Assembly (NCBI GenBank): GCA_965219445.1
Contig: CBDCNQ010000005.1
Coordinates: 576,001 to 640,000, forward strand
DNA length: 64,000 nt
Direction: 5' to 3'
From: Longimicrobiales bacterium
GTDB taxonomy: Bacteria; Gemmatimonadota; Gemmatimonadetes; Longimicrobiales; Gaopeijiaceae
Part shown: positions 19,235-29,071 of the stretch, piece by piece
How the letters are laid out: each line of letters starts with the position of its first letter
Position numbering within the stretch: position 1 is the stretch's first letter
Notes under the pieces: model-generated
Told to the model about the DNA's origin: nothing
What the model saw: only the letters and a program-made list of their open reading frames with translations
Databases searched by the model: none
Position numbers and translations under genes: made by a program

Positions 19235-19327
19235 GGGAGCGACCCCGCAGCGGAGGGGAGGATGGGGATGCCCATCGCCATCCTCCCCGATGCCGATCGA
19301 GGCATGCCGAGATGGGGGGTCGCTCCC
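19235..19327. repeat. ~93-bp three-stem motif, copy 2, in the virD4 leader
   Basis: Same outer stem with a different inner stem sequence; about 35 nt upstream of the virD4 ATG. Confidence 0.8.
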
Positions 19328-19504
19328 AGCCACGGCCAAGGAACGCGGATCGGCAACGCCGCCCCGCTGGCCGTGGCACAACCGCCGGAGCGCCAGCGAC
19401 CTGGACGGCCGATGCCGTGTCCGTCCGACCGGCGATTTCGTGTCCGGTCACCCGCGAAGTGAACCGGACACGCACGGATCGGCATCGGCGCCCGCGGGCG
19501 GCGC

Positions 19505-20440
19505 TCAAAACAGGCCCCCGGAAAGCCGGGGGGAACGCCAGACCGTGAAGCCGTCGATCATCGCTTCCGAGGGCGCGGTCGGGAGCGCGGCCCTGAGTTC
19601 GACGATCCGCGCCAGGCAGCCCTGGAGACTGCCGTACGCTTGGATCACGCTCTCGTCCATGCCGCGGATGGCCTGCTCGATCCGGTCGATTTCGCGGCGG
19701 ATCCGACGGCCGGTCGCGGATGCTTTGGACCGGCCGGGGGACCGGGCCGGCGCGGTCCAGTTGCCGAGGACCTTCTCCGCCCGCTCGAACTCCCTGCCGC
19801 CCAGGACGACCGCGACGGACTCTACCGGTCGGCCCCGCTCCCGGAGCGCGCCCCAGAGTTCCCGGTGGGCGCGGCCCCAGGAGCGGAGGCCCGCGGCGGT
19901 CTCGTGGCCCGGATCGGCGTAGACGAACACCGCGCCCTGGCCATCAAGCGCGACGGGCAGCTTGAGCGGGAAGTAGCGCCGGAGGTTCCCGGCCGCTCCC
20001 CGGTAGAGCCGCGAGGGCAGGAGCCGGCGCTCGATGCCGAGGGCCTCGAACGCGGCGACCTTCTCGGCTTCGGTGGCCAGCCACGACAAGTCGGTGTGCT
20101 CGAGCACGTAGTCGAGCGAGAGCAGGCGCCGCAGGAGCACTTCATCGGAAGCGGTCCGGCGGTGGCGGATGTCCTCGGCCCCGAGCGCGCGGTAGATCCC
20201 GCGCCCGCAGATCCGGCAGACTTTCCGGCCTTCCAGTGTCTCGTCGGCTGCCAGCCTTCGCTCCGACATGGCCCGGACGAACCGAAGAGCCTGCCAGCGA
20301 TCGATCCGTAGATAGGCAGAGAGCTGGGCGCGGGTGAACACGCCGCTGTGCAGACAGGCCAGCGCGATCCACTCGGCCTGGCGTCCCGTCCACCCGAACG
20401 GCTCGAGCGCCTGTTCGCGCTCCCGCAGATGGGCGATCAC
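19505..20440 (-). CDS. Conserved ICE protein with wHTH-like N-terminus, function unknown
   Basis: GTG start overlaps the virB8 stop; further partial copies at 520, 24324, 31487. Confidence 0.75.
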   Translation of the reverse strand: MIAHLREREQALEPFGWTGRQAEWIALACLHSGVFTRAQLSAYLRIDRWQALRFVRAMSERRLAADETLEGRKVCRICGRGIYRALGAEDIRHRRTASDEVLLRRLLSLDYVLEHTDLSWLATEAEKVAAFEALGIERRLLPSRLYRGAAGNLRRYFPLKLPVALDGQGAVFVYADPGHETAAGLRSWGRAHRELWGALRERGRPVESVAVVLGGREFERAEKVLGNWTAPARSPGRSKASATGRRIRREIDRIEQAIRGMDESVIQAYGSLQGCLARIVELRAALPTAPSEAMIDGFTVWRSPRLSGGLF

Positions 20441-21108
20441 CTGGGCTGCTCCGTGACCAGGGCACGGTCGGCCTGGAGGTAGGTGATGAGGATGCCCATC
20501 GGGTTGTAGACGACGAGCTCGGAGGGGATGACGGTGAGGAACGTGAACCGGAGCGTGATCGACCAGCGCTCGCGCCGGGTCTCCTGCCCCTGCCTGAGGT
20601 GGATCAGGTCGAAGTCGGCGGTCGCGCCGTGCGGCGCCTCCGGTGCGGGGTGGATGCGGAGCACGACCTGCTCGACCTGGAGCTCGGTGTCGGCGGTGCC
20701 GGCCGCCATGGCGGCGACCTCGGCGCCGTCGCGCGTGAACGCGGCGTTCGCCAGCTCGGTCGAGAGGAACCGCAGGCTCCGGGTCCAGTGCTCCTCGACC
20801 GTCGCCTGGCGCCTGGAGTAGAAGTCGGAGATGAACCGGTTGAGGAAATACTTGGTCGTGGGATCGAGCGGATCCGCCTGCGCCGTGGCGGCCTCGTAGG
20901 CTACGGCCTCGGCGCGGCCGACCTCGTCGACCCGGACCACGATCGGGCGAGGCGGCTGCACGGTCGCGACCCGGAGGAGCAGGAGCACGGCGAGCGCGAG
21001 ACACGCGGCGGCGAGGATGGTCGCCAGCGTCCGGAGCTTCCGGTTCGCCTCGACGGTCTCGCCCCAGATCTCCGCGTATTCGCGGCCGGCATCGTGTTCT
21101 CGGTTCAT
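20437..21108 (-). CDS. VirB8/TrbF-like protein
   Basis: One TM segment, PIVVRVDEVG, C-terminal NPMGILIT. Confidence 0.8.
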   Translation of the reverse strand: MNREHDAGREYAEIWGETVEANRKLRTLATILAAACLALAVLLLLRVATVQPPRPIVVRVDEVGRAEAVAYEAATAQADPLDPTTKYFLNRFISDFYSRRQATVEEHWTRSLRFLSTELANAAFTRDGAEVAAMAAGTADTELQVEQVVLRIHPAPEAPHGATADFDLIHLRQGQETRRERWSITLRFTFLTVIPSELVVYNPMGILITYLQADRALVTEQPR

Positions 21109-21119
21109 GGACGTCTCCT

Positions 21120-22130
21120 TCAGCCTCCGGGGACTGGGGGGCGGGCCGGGTTCGCGGCAGCGCTGAGGCGTCCGCCGCCGCGCACCACGAGCGCCATCAT
21201 GCCCGACCCGACGGATCCGGACCCGGAGACGAGCATCGCGGCGAGCTCGCCCACCTTCATGCCGGCCATCAGGCCGGAGACGACGAGCGGTAGGAGGACG
21301 ACGACCCACAGCCCCAGCTCCGCGGGGTCGGAGGAGCCGGTGCCCATCAAGGCGCCGGTGTAGGTCGTGACGTAGCCCATGCCCACGCCCATGAACACAC
21401 GGAGAATGGCTCCCGCCACGACGCCGTAGAGTGTGTAGACGATGAGCGTGCGGAACCATCCCCAGAACAGGAACGCGAGCGGCTCGAACAGCAGCCAGGG
21501 GATGAACACGGGGCCGAGCAGGATCACGATCGCGAGCGCCACCTGCGCCCAGATCACCTGCGCGTAGGTCAGGCAGAAGAGCGCGACGAGGCCGAGCACG
21601 AGCGGCACGCCCATCATCAGCGCGACGAGGGACGAGAAGAACACGCTCACGCCCTCGGTCATGAGGGTCATCAGGCTCCCGCCCGACCATGCCGCGCCGA
21701 GCCGTGCGGCGAACGCCTGCACCAGCGCGGTCATCTCCGTGTAGCCGACGGACACGACGTCGGAGATGAACAGGTTCTGGAGCCAGATCCCTCCGGCCGC
21801 CACCATGGCCGGGAACGTGAAGCCCACGCCCGGGATCGGGACGCTGTAGTAATGGAGCAGCGTCCGGGGGATCGCGATCCCGAGCACGACACGCACGAGG
21901 GCCCAGGGCTCGAAGGTTCCGCTGAACGCGATCTTGAGGCCGCTCCATGCGACGACGATCGCCGCGAGACCGCCCCACAGCTGGTGGCCGAGCGTCAGCA
22001 CGTCGGGCGCGGCGCCGCCGACCACGGTATCTAGCACGACGTCGAGGAACCCCTTGAAGTCCTGGAGCTGATCCGCCGGGATCTGGGCCGGGACGTTCGG
22101 ATCGATCGACTGCGGGGGAGGAAGCTGCAT
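21120..22130 (-). CDS. VirB6/TrbL-like polytopic membrane protein
   Basis: Multiple TM segments, LGPVFIPWLLF...GW. Confidence 0.8.
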   Translation of the reverse strand: MQLPPPQSIDPNVPAQIPADQLQDFKGFLDVVLDTVVGGAAPDVLTLGHQLWGGLAAIVVAWSGLKIAFSGTFEPWALVRVVLGIAIPRTLLHYYSVPIPGVGFTFPAMVAAGGIWLQNLFISDVVSVGYTEMTALVQAFAARLGAAWSGGSLMTLMTEGVSVFFSSLVALMMGVPLVLGLVALFCLTYAQVIWAQVALAIVILLGPVFIPWLLFEPLAFLFWGWFRTLIVYTLYGVVAGAILRVFMGVGMGYVTTYTGALMGTGSSDPAELGLWVVVLLPLVVSGLMAGMKVGELAAMLVSGSGSVGSGMMALVVRGGGRLSAAANPARPPVPGG

Positions 22131-22148
22131 GGCTGTCGCTCCCGGGGC

Positions 22149-22436
22149 CTATGCTTGGCCGCCCATATAGAACGACGGGACCTTGAACAGGAGCCCCTCC
22201 CGGAGCCGGTCGCGGTTCTGCAGCGCGGCCGTGCGCATCGCATCGGCCATCGCGTTCGTACGGAGCCGCGCGTCCCTCCACTCGGCGAGCCGCTCGAGCC
22301 GGTCGATCTCGGCCTGCTGCATCCGGTTCGCCTGCTCGACCGCCTGATAGGCGAGCACCTGCGCCACGGCGGCGTTGATCCGGCCCTGGGTCAGCGCGGC
22401 CGCGACCTGCGCCTGCTGGAGTGCCGTGTTGGACAG
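22149..22436 (-). pseudogene. 5'-truncated VirB5/TrbJ-like gene
   Basis: Q/A-rich coiled-coil frame upstream of virB6; the open frame extends past the GTG at 22367 and composition breaks at ~22437. Confidence 0.5.
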
Positions 22437-22618
22437 ATTGCCGTTTTGCGTCGATTGACGTCCGATGACGTTCCGTAATGTCCAGATAAGCGGTGGTAAC
22501 TAATGGTTTAAGAGATTTCCATACTCCAGATCGATCCGCTCCCACCCCTTGACAGCCGCGACGATTATGGGGCATTATTCCGGGGCATATCTCTGTTACC
22601 GTCAACCGATGCCCCCAC

Positions 22619-23905
22619 ATGCCCCTGACCGACACCGCCATTCGGAAGGCCAAGCCTCGCGAGAAGCCCCGCAAGCTCTACGACAGCCGCGGCCTCTACC
22701 TCGAAATCGCCCCGCGCGGCACCAAGGCTTGGCGCTTCAAGTACCGCTTCGCCGAGAAGGAGAAGCGGATCTCCATGGGCATCTATCCCGAGGTCTCACT
22801 GAAGCTCGCCCGGCGGCGGAGGGACGAGGCCCGCAAGCTTCTGGCACGGGACATCGACCCGAGCGCCTACCGCAAGGCCCAGAAGCAGTCGAGGCGACAG
22901 TGGGCCAGGAACAGCTTCGAGGCGGTGGCCTCCGAATGGCTCGCCAAGCACTCGCCCAACTGGTCCACGGGTTGGGTTCGGCGGCTCGAGAGCGAGCTTG
23001 TGCGGGAGGTCTTCCCCTACATCGGCGCGAGTCCGGTCGCCCAACTCACGGCGCCGGACCTGCTGGCCGTGGTCCGCCGTGTCGAGGCACGCGGCCACCT
23101 GAGGAAGGCGCACACCGTCTTCCAGGTCTGCGGGAGGGTCCTGCGCTACGCGGTGGCGACGGGACGTGCAGAGCGGGACGTGTCGTCGGACCTGCGCGGG
23201 GCGCTGCCACCCGTCAAGACGAAGCACTTCGCGGCGATCACCGACCCGATGGAGGTCGGTCCGTTGCTCCGGCAGTTAGACGGCTACTCCGGGACGCTGC
23301 CCGTTCGATGCGTGCTCCGTCTCGCACCGCTGGTGTTCGTACGCCTCGGCGAGTTGGTCACGGCGGAGTGGGTCGGCATCGACCTTGAGGGGGCCGAGTG
23401 GCGCTACACGGTGACGAAGACCGGCAGGCCGCACGTAGTGCCCTTGGCGCGTCAGGCGGTCGCGATCCTGCGCGAGGTTCATCCCATGACGGGGCACCAC
23501 CGCTACGTCTTTCCGAACGCGCGTTTTCCATACCGGGAGCTGCCGATGAGCCGTGGCACGCTCTGGAGCGCGTTCCGGGCGTTGGACATCCCGCGGGACC
23601 GGATGACGATGCACGGGTTCCGGGCGATGGCGCGCACCATTCTGGACGAGGTGCTCGGCTTCCGGCCCGACTTCATCGAGCACCAGCTGGCACACGCGGT
23701 CAGGGATCCCAACGGCCGGGCCTACAACCGGACGGCGTTCCTGCCCGAGCGGCGCGTGATGATGCAGGCGTGGGCCGACTATCTGGACCAGCTTCGGGTC
23801 GGGGAGGAGATCGAGCCGGGGACTCACGGCGCCGGGGCCGCCCGCATCCCTACGGCCCTGGGAATCCGGAACGCCAACTCAGGGCTCGCCCTTCCCGGCA
23901 GCTGA
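22619..23905 (+). CDS. P4-type (IntA-like) tyrosine integrase
   Basis: MPLTDTAIRKAKP, GLYLEI, RLGEL, HGFRAMAR, QLAH, AYNR; GGGGCAT repeats upstream. Confidence 0.92.
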   Translation: MPLTDTAIRKAKPREKPRKLYDSRGLYLEIAPRGTKAWRFKYRFAEKEKRISMGIYPEVSLKLARRRRDEARKLLARDIDPSAYRKAQKQSRRQWARNSFEAVASEWLAKHSPNWSTGWVRRLESELVREVFPYIGASPVAQLTAPDLLAVVRRVEARGHLRKAHTVFQVCGRVLRYAVATGRAERDVSSDLRGALPPVKTKHFAAITDPMEVGPLLRQLDGYSGTLPVRCVLRLAPLVFVRLGELVTAEWVGIDLEGAEWRYTVTKTGRPHVVPLARQAVAILREVHPMTGHHRYVFPNARFPYRELPMSRGTLWSAFRALDIPRDRMTMHGFRAMARTILDEVLGFRPDFIEHQLAHAVRDPNGRAYNRTAFLPERRVMMQAWADYLDQLRVGEEIEPGTHGAGAARIPTALGIRNANSGLALPGS

Positions 23906-24053
23906 GCCGCCCCCCAAGGTCGGCGCGGTCCGCAGCGCAGCGCCCGGTCCCTTGGACGAGGGCGCAGGCCACACCGGCTCTCGGCCGCCGACGAACTGGT
24001 GATCCGCCGTCTCTTCGCGGCGCTGTACAGCCTTCCTGCAAGGACTATGGTGC

Positions 24054-24146
24054 GGGAGCGACCCCCGAGCGGGGGGTGGCATGGCTGTGCACATGCCAAC
24101 CCGCCGCGGTGCCGATCGGGGCACGCCGATCGGGGGGGGCGCTCCC
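24054..24146. repeat. ~93-bp three-stem motif, copy 3
   Basis: Paired change GTGCC/GGCAC versus ATGCC/GGCAT in the other copies. Confidence 0.75.
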
Positions 24147-24323
24147 TCTTATCCCCGAGACCCTCGGAGGCGGGTGGCCGCGCAAGCGGCCCGCCCGTAA
24201 CCGCAAGACAGTCAACGATATAAGAAAGAGCGCGTGCTTGCCGGGGAACCGCCTCCCGGCGCACACGCCCCCAATTGTCTGATGTGCGCTCCCCGATCGG
24301 CACGGACTCTCGCCGAGCAACAT

Positions 24324-24700
24324 TCATGACCACCCTCCGGGGAGGCGGGTCGAGCGCCAGGTGGCGAAGCAATCGATCGTCGCTCGGGAGCGCAGCGTGC
24401 GCTGCAGCTCCTTCAGCTCGACGATCCGCTCAAGCCCCGCCTGGAGATCCCCGTACTCGTCGAGCGTGTGGTCATCCCCCTCTAGGATGGCACGCTCGAT
24501 CCGGGTGATCTCGCGCTTGGCTGCCTGAACCGAGTCGGACGAGCTGGAGGCGTCGGATGCGCGTGCACGCACCCAGTGCTCGAGGATCATCCGGCCCCGC
24601 AGCAGTGGGCCGCGCCCCACGAGTGAAGCGCCCTTTCCCTTCGCCGTCTCGTCGAGGGCGATCCATTCGGCCCGGCGTCCTGTCCAGCCGACGGCCACAC
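24324..24700 (-). pseudogene. Internally deleted copy of the ICE wHTH gene
   Basis: GWTGRRAEWIAL joined to REITRIERAI...TWRSTRL. Confidence 0.7.
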
Positions 24701-24886
24701 GGACGGGACGGGACGCGATCGCGGCACACATGGCGACGTGGCGGGCCGACGCGGCCGCACACGGGCACGCGCCTAGCCCGGACGCAGGTGCATGTCGGAA
24801 GACTGGGTGCCACCCGCCAGCGGGGCGACACGCGCTCACAGGCTCCCTCGACACCCGTGGCTGGTGCCTCTACAATAAGGCGGCAG

Positions 24887-25423
24887 ATGACCACCGCGCC
24901 CACGCACATGACGGCGAAGAGAACCCTTTATTTGGCGAACCCCTACGGCTTCTCCGCGCAACAGCGCGGCGGACCGTTACCCGAGCTTGTGGGGGCGCTG
25001 GAGTCGATGGGAGCCGACGTGTGGGAGCCGTTCGCCCGTAACAACCAGATTCACCGGGCGAGTGCGGGCTGGGCGTATCGGATCGGGCAGGCCGATCTGC
25101 GGGACGTGCGCGAGGCCGATGGACTGTTCGCCGTGGTCAACGGCTGTCCGCCGGATGAGGGCGTCATGGTGGAGCTTGGCCTAGCGATCGCGTGGGAGAA
25201 GCCGGTGTTCCTGTTCAGAGACGATTTTCGCCGATGCACCGACAGCGAGGTCTACCCGCTCAATCTGATGTTGTTCACCGGCCTGCCCGCGGTCGGCTGG
25301 GAAGCCGCGTGGTACGGCTCGATCGAGGAGATCGCTGATCCCGGCAAGGCGCTCGCACGCTGGTTGCGGCATGACTGGCCGCCCGGCTCGGCGTCGGCCG
25401 AGGCGGATCCGATAGAAGTATGA
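24887..25423 (+). CDS. Nucleoside 2-deoxyribosyltransferase-family protein
   Basis: YLANPYGF, DLRDVREADG, DEGVMVELGLA, NLML (alternative start 24908). Confidence 0.85.
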   Translation: MTTAPTHMTAKRTLYLANPYGFSAQQRGGPLPELVGALESMGADVWEPFARNNQIHRASAGWAYRIGQADLRDVREADGLFAVVNGCPPDEGVMVELGLAIAWEKPVFLFRDDFRRCTDSEVYPLNLMLFTGLPAVGWEAAWYGSIEEIADPGKALARWLRHDWPPGSASAEADPIEV

Positions 25424-25659
25424 CAGCGCTCACCGCCAGGCAGAGCGCGGCGCACACAACGAAGAGGCCTTATGGCGCTGTATTATAACTTCGCGTTCGC
25501 TGCCAAGGAGGAGCAGCCCATCTGGATGGTCAAACTCCTTGTGGAGGGCATGAAGCAGCAACTCCGATCCCTGTACCCAGGCGGAAGAGGATACCCCAGA
25601 GAACAGGCCGAGAGCAAGGCCTTCACATGTCTCTGGAACAACCTCGGTTTTCGCGCCCC

Positions 25660-25755
25660 CATCCGCGTGGTCGTCGACTTCAGCCGTCTCGATTTCATCA
25701 GCAGCGCGGGCATGCGGGTGCTCCTCATCGCCGCCAAGGCGCTGAAGGCGACAGT
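25660..25755 (+). pseudogene. STAS (anti-anti-sigma) domain fragment
   Basis: VVVDFSRLDFISSAGMRVLL. Confidence 0.7.
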
Positions 25756-25841
25756 TTGGCCGGGGAAAAGAGGACGGTGGCCAACCGCCCTTGCCGTGGT
25801 TACTTGAGAGTTGCCAAGTCCACTCAAGCCACGAGGGAAAG

Positions 25842-25920
25842 ATGACCACCGTCCAGAAGGAGAAGATGGCGCGTCGGAAGCTGAGCCTGCTACGTCTGGC
25901 TCAGGAGCTGGGGAAACGAG
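25842..25920 (+). pseudogene. IS481-family transposase N-terminal fragment
   Basis: MTTVQKEKMARRKLSLLRLAQELG. Confidence 0.6.
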
Positions 25921-26070
25921 TTGCTGCTCAAGGGAATCCAGGTGAGCTCGACGGGCGTGTGGGGAGCTGTTTCGGCAATCGAAGAACAAGGGAGAGAGTC
26001 AGGATATATCGTCAGAGTCTAGCCTTGACGGTGTGGACTCTATGTTGTCCGTTAAGAAGAGGAGCATGAC

Positions 26071-27015
26071 ATGAATCGGCTCATATCTGTTGTCTCGTGC
26101 TTTTTGGTCTCATTGATGCTTCCGTGTGTATCGGAGGCCCAACAGCTATACGTGAGTACTGAGTCGGGCCTTGGGATCGGAAATTCCTTGGGTACCCTAG
26201 GTAGCGATACTGATTTTCCAACTCTCTGCGACAGGCACCTGGATCCCGCCAACCACTTCTCGCCACCGGGAATTACTGAGCCCGGAGAATGCTCGTCCGC
26301 AGCGTCCACTTGGATCAACAGCTTCGGTAGTTCAACCGGAATAATCTCCGGCGTCGCTCTGGGTTTTAAGACCGACATCGGGGCAAGAATTGAAGTGGAA
26401 TATTTTCGGTCTGGCATGCAGTACAATGCGACCTCAGTGCTCGGTGGAGGAGGAGCGGACGTTCAGGACAAATCGGACCAGGAACTCGTCCGCGGGGAGG
26501 AACGCATAGGAAGTGTCAACATAAACAGTTTGGTCGGTAACATCTACTATGACCTGCCGGTTTCCGGACAACTCCGTCCATATGTCGGAGGCGGCGTGGG
26601 TCTCGGCATGGCCGGCCTAGACTATGCCGGATTCTTTTCGCGAAACCTAGACCCTGACGCCATCAAGACGGCGGACGAAGCTACCTACAACGGCAGAGGC
26701 AACGAAGCGGTCGACCGCCAGGCTCTGCATGAGAGAATCGCTGGTACGACCACAACGGCCAGTCACACGCTTCACGATACAATATTGGGCTACCAAGCAA
26801 TGGTGGGAGTGGACTATATGCTGACCGACGACGCTTCTATCGGAGTCAAGGGACGCTGGATCAAGCACGCCAAGTTTAGTGACAGTAACGAATGGGATCA
26901 GTTGCGCAGTCATAGCTCTGACAATGGCTCGGGAACTAACGCCGTCGTCTATACCATTGAGACCGAGGACTTGAGCTCGATTGGTGTCACTCTGGTTATG
27001 AAATACGCGTTCTGA
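26071..27015 (+). CDS. Outer-membrane beta-barrel protein (opacity/surface-antigen-like)
   Basis: Signal peptide, RIEVEY, NIYYD, PYVGGGVG, YQAMVGVDY, terminal F; GAGGAG RBS. Confidence 0.85.
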   Translation: MNRLISVVSCFLVSLMLPCVSEAQQLYVSTESGLGIGNSLGTLGSDTDFPTLCDRHLDPANHFSPPGITEPGECSSAASTWINSFGSSTGIISGVALGFKTDIGARIEVEYFRSGMQYNATSVLGGGGADVQDKSDQELVRGEERIGSVNINSLVGNIYYDLPVSGQLRPYVGGGVGLGMAGLDYAGFFSRNLDPDAIKTADEATYNGRGNEAVDRQALHERIAGTTTTASHTLHDTILGYQAMVGVDYMLTDDASIGVKGRWIKHAKFSDSNEWDQLRSHSSDNGSGTNAVVYTIETEDLSSIGVTLVMKYAF

Positions 27016-27388
27016 TTTTCGGGGCAGGTCAATACGCGACATCGCACGACCCATAGATCCCGAGGATCCCACGAGGGTGCTTTTTCGGCTTGGCCAAGCT
27101 TAGACGCGAGCGGCATAGACAGGATCGTGTCCACCGCGCTGGGGGTAGCCGCCGATGCTCGCCAGCAGGACCTGCGGTGGTAGGGGCATGGGCGAGCGGC
27201 TAGGCGCATCTCGATCCGGTGGGAGTTACCCCACGTGCAGGACCCACTCTTTTCCGGCAGCGCAAGGCCGTCGCACAGCACATGGACGTTATAGTATGGG
27301 GGAGTCAGGCGAGGTCGGTCAGCCTGCCTGGCTGGGACGTTGGGGCGGGAGCGGATCGCCGACATGTCGGAGATTGCGCAACCCGCCG

Positions 27389-29071
27389 ATGAATCTCACG
27401 ATCGCGGATATGATGTCATCCTCCACATTCCTTCGAATGCCGACACCCTATCAAAATGTTGTTGACCAGCTCGATCTAGCCGCCGCATTGACTAATGGAT
27501 CGGAAAGAAACGATCTGCTGCTGCCGCGAGCTGAGGACAAGGTAGGCGGGGAGGTTGGCAACAGGTTTCTTCAGGCTCTGATACGCGACCTCGAACGCGG
27601 GAGATATGATCCGGCTCCTGCATATACCGTCAGGGTGCCGAAATCCACATCTGCGACGCGTCCCGCGGCCCTACTGACGCTCAACGACCGAGTCGTCTAT
27701 GCAGCCTTGGTGGCTACGCTACGTTCGCGGATCGACAGTTACCTTCTCGGCGAAGAAATCGTCTTCTGGCCCCGAGGTCTACAGCGTAACAAGAGCTGGC
27801 TCAAGTTCGAGCACTCGCCGCTCACCGATTCATGCAAGTATGTGGTCCTCGCTGACGTCTCGGGCTTCTACGAATCGGTGGACCATAGGCGCTTGGCCGA
27901 GCGATTGATCCGAGCCACTGGCAAGCGAGCTGAAGTCGAGGCGCTATCCCATTTCCTGACGAGAGTGATGGGCGGCTCCCGTGGCCTACCTCAGGGGCTC
28001 GATGCTTCAGACCCGCTCGCCACAGCTTATCTAGCAGAGCTGGATTTGGCGATGATACGTAATGGATTCGCTTACACGCGACATGGGGACGACTTCCGCG
28101 TCGCGATGAAAGGCTATGACGATGCTCGCGGTGCCTTATACACCCTTGAAGCATGCGTGCGGAGCGCGGGCCTGCTCCTAAGTGGACACAAGACGAGAGT
28201 GCTGAAGGCATCAACCTATAAGGATGCCGTCCAGTCAATTGAGAAGTCGATTGCCGATGTGCGAAGCAAGGTCCTCAGCAAGAAACTCGCAACGCTAGAG
28301 GATGATCCGGATGCGCTAGACACGGCCATCGATCTTGCTGACATGGAACAGCTCGGGTGGGATTTCTTCTATCATGGGAACGTGTCATTGCAGGAAGTTA
28401 TTGACCAGTTGCGGCCGTCACTCGAGCCGAATGCGGTCGAGATTGCCGAGGACCTTTTCGCAGAAACGTGGGAGCGGAGACCCGGTAAACCCAACGCTCT
28501 TGCTAGCGATGCCTTTCATCAGAGGATTGTCGCTTCATTGGTCAGGTTGGCAGCGGGGCGCTCTCCCAAAGCGCTGGGGGCAGCAGGCGATATCCTCATT
28601 TCATATCCCGAGAAATCGGAGGTTGTATGCTCGTATCTCCTCGCGCTGGCGGGAACAGAACCCAAGAAGGTCGCCGCGCAGGCGAGCAAGACCTTGAAAG
28701 CCGGGCGGTTCCGCACGGAGTGGGAGGTGGCGTGGGCTGCCCGGGTCTTAACCTCCGTTGCGGATCAGTTGCCGGAGTGGGTCGTCTCGCAACTGGAGGC
28801 GCTGACCACGTCACCTTTCGATTCGTGGCTCGCAGCAACCGAGGTAGCCAAGCTTCTGAGTGCCCAAGGGGAGCTGAGTCGTGAGGCGTTTATGCTCCTC
28901 TGGAATGCCTGCCCCGTTGTCTTTCGGGCGGACCTCGTCGTAGCGGCGAACAGTCTCTCCACGAATGCAGAATGGGCGAGGGTCTTCCTGTCTGCGGTCA
29001 AGGATGATCGTATTCATCAGGTGATACTAGGTCAGTTGCAGCAACAGGGTACCCAGCCTGCGACCTCCTAG
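27389..29071 (+). CDS. Reverse transcriptase (UG/Abi/DRT-like) with helical C-terminal domain
   Basis: VPK..TRP, ADVSGFYESVDH, GLPQG, RHGDDF, HKT; start uncertain (27389 or 27437). Confidence 0.85.
   Translation: MNLTIADMMSSSTFLRMPTPYQNVVDQLDLAAALTNGSERNDLLLPRAEDKVGGEVGNRFLQALIRDLERGRYDPAPAYTVRVPKSTSATRPAALLTLNDRVVYAALVATLRSRIDSYLLGEEIVFWPRGLQRNKSWLKFEHSPLTDSCKYVVLADVSGFYESVDHRRLAERLIRATGKRAEVEALSHFLTRVMGGSRGLPQGLDASDPLATAYLAELDLAMIRNGFAYTRHGDDFRVAMKGYDDARGALYTLEACVRSAGLLLSGHKTRVLKASTYKDAVQSIEKSIADVRSKVLSKKLATLEDDPDALDTAIDLADMEQLGWDFFYHGNVSLQEVIDQLRPSLEPNAVEIAEDLFAETWERRPGKPNALASDAFHQRIVASLVRLAAGRSPKALGAAGDILISYPEKSEVVCSYLLALAGTEPKKVAAQASKTLKAGRFRTEWEVAWAARVLTSVADQLPEWVVSQLEALTTSPFDSWLAATEVAKLLSAQGELSREAFMLLWNACPVVFRADLVVAANSLSTNAEWARVFLSAVKDDRIHQVILGQLQQQGTQPATS

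Noticed and set aside
2139..19548. Long + strand ORFs (e.g. 2139, 4024, 12075, 13388, 14790, 17209)
   Set aside because: Antisense shadows of GC-rich minus-strand genes
12132..22674. Very long ORF calls 12132-14774, 19505-21004, 20437-22674 as fusion proteins
   Set aside because: N-terminal extensions are off-frame reads of upstream genes; true starts are fixed by paralogues and overlaps
25472..25807. Intact anti-sigma antagonist gene
   Set aside because: Only about 30 aa of STAS within a chimeric ORF
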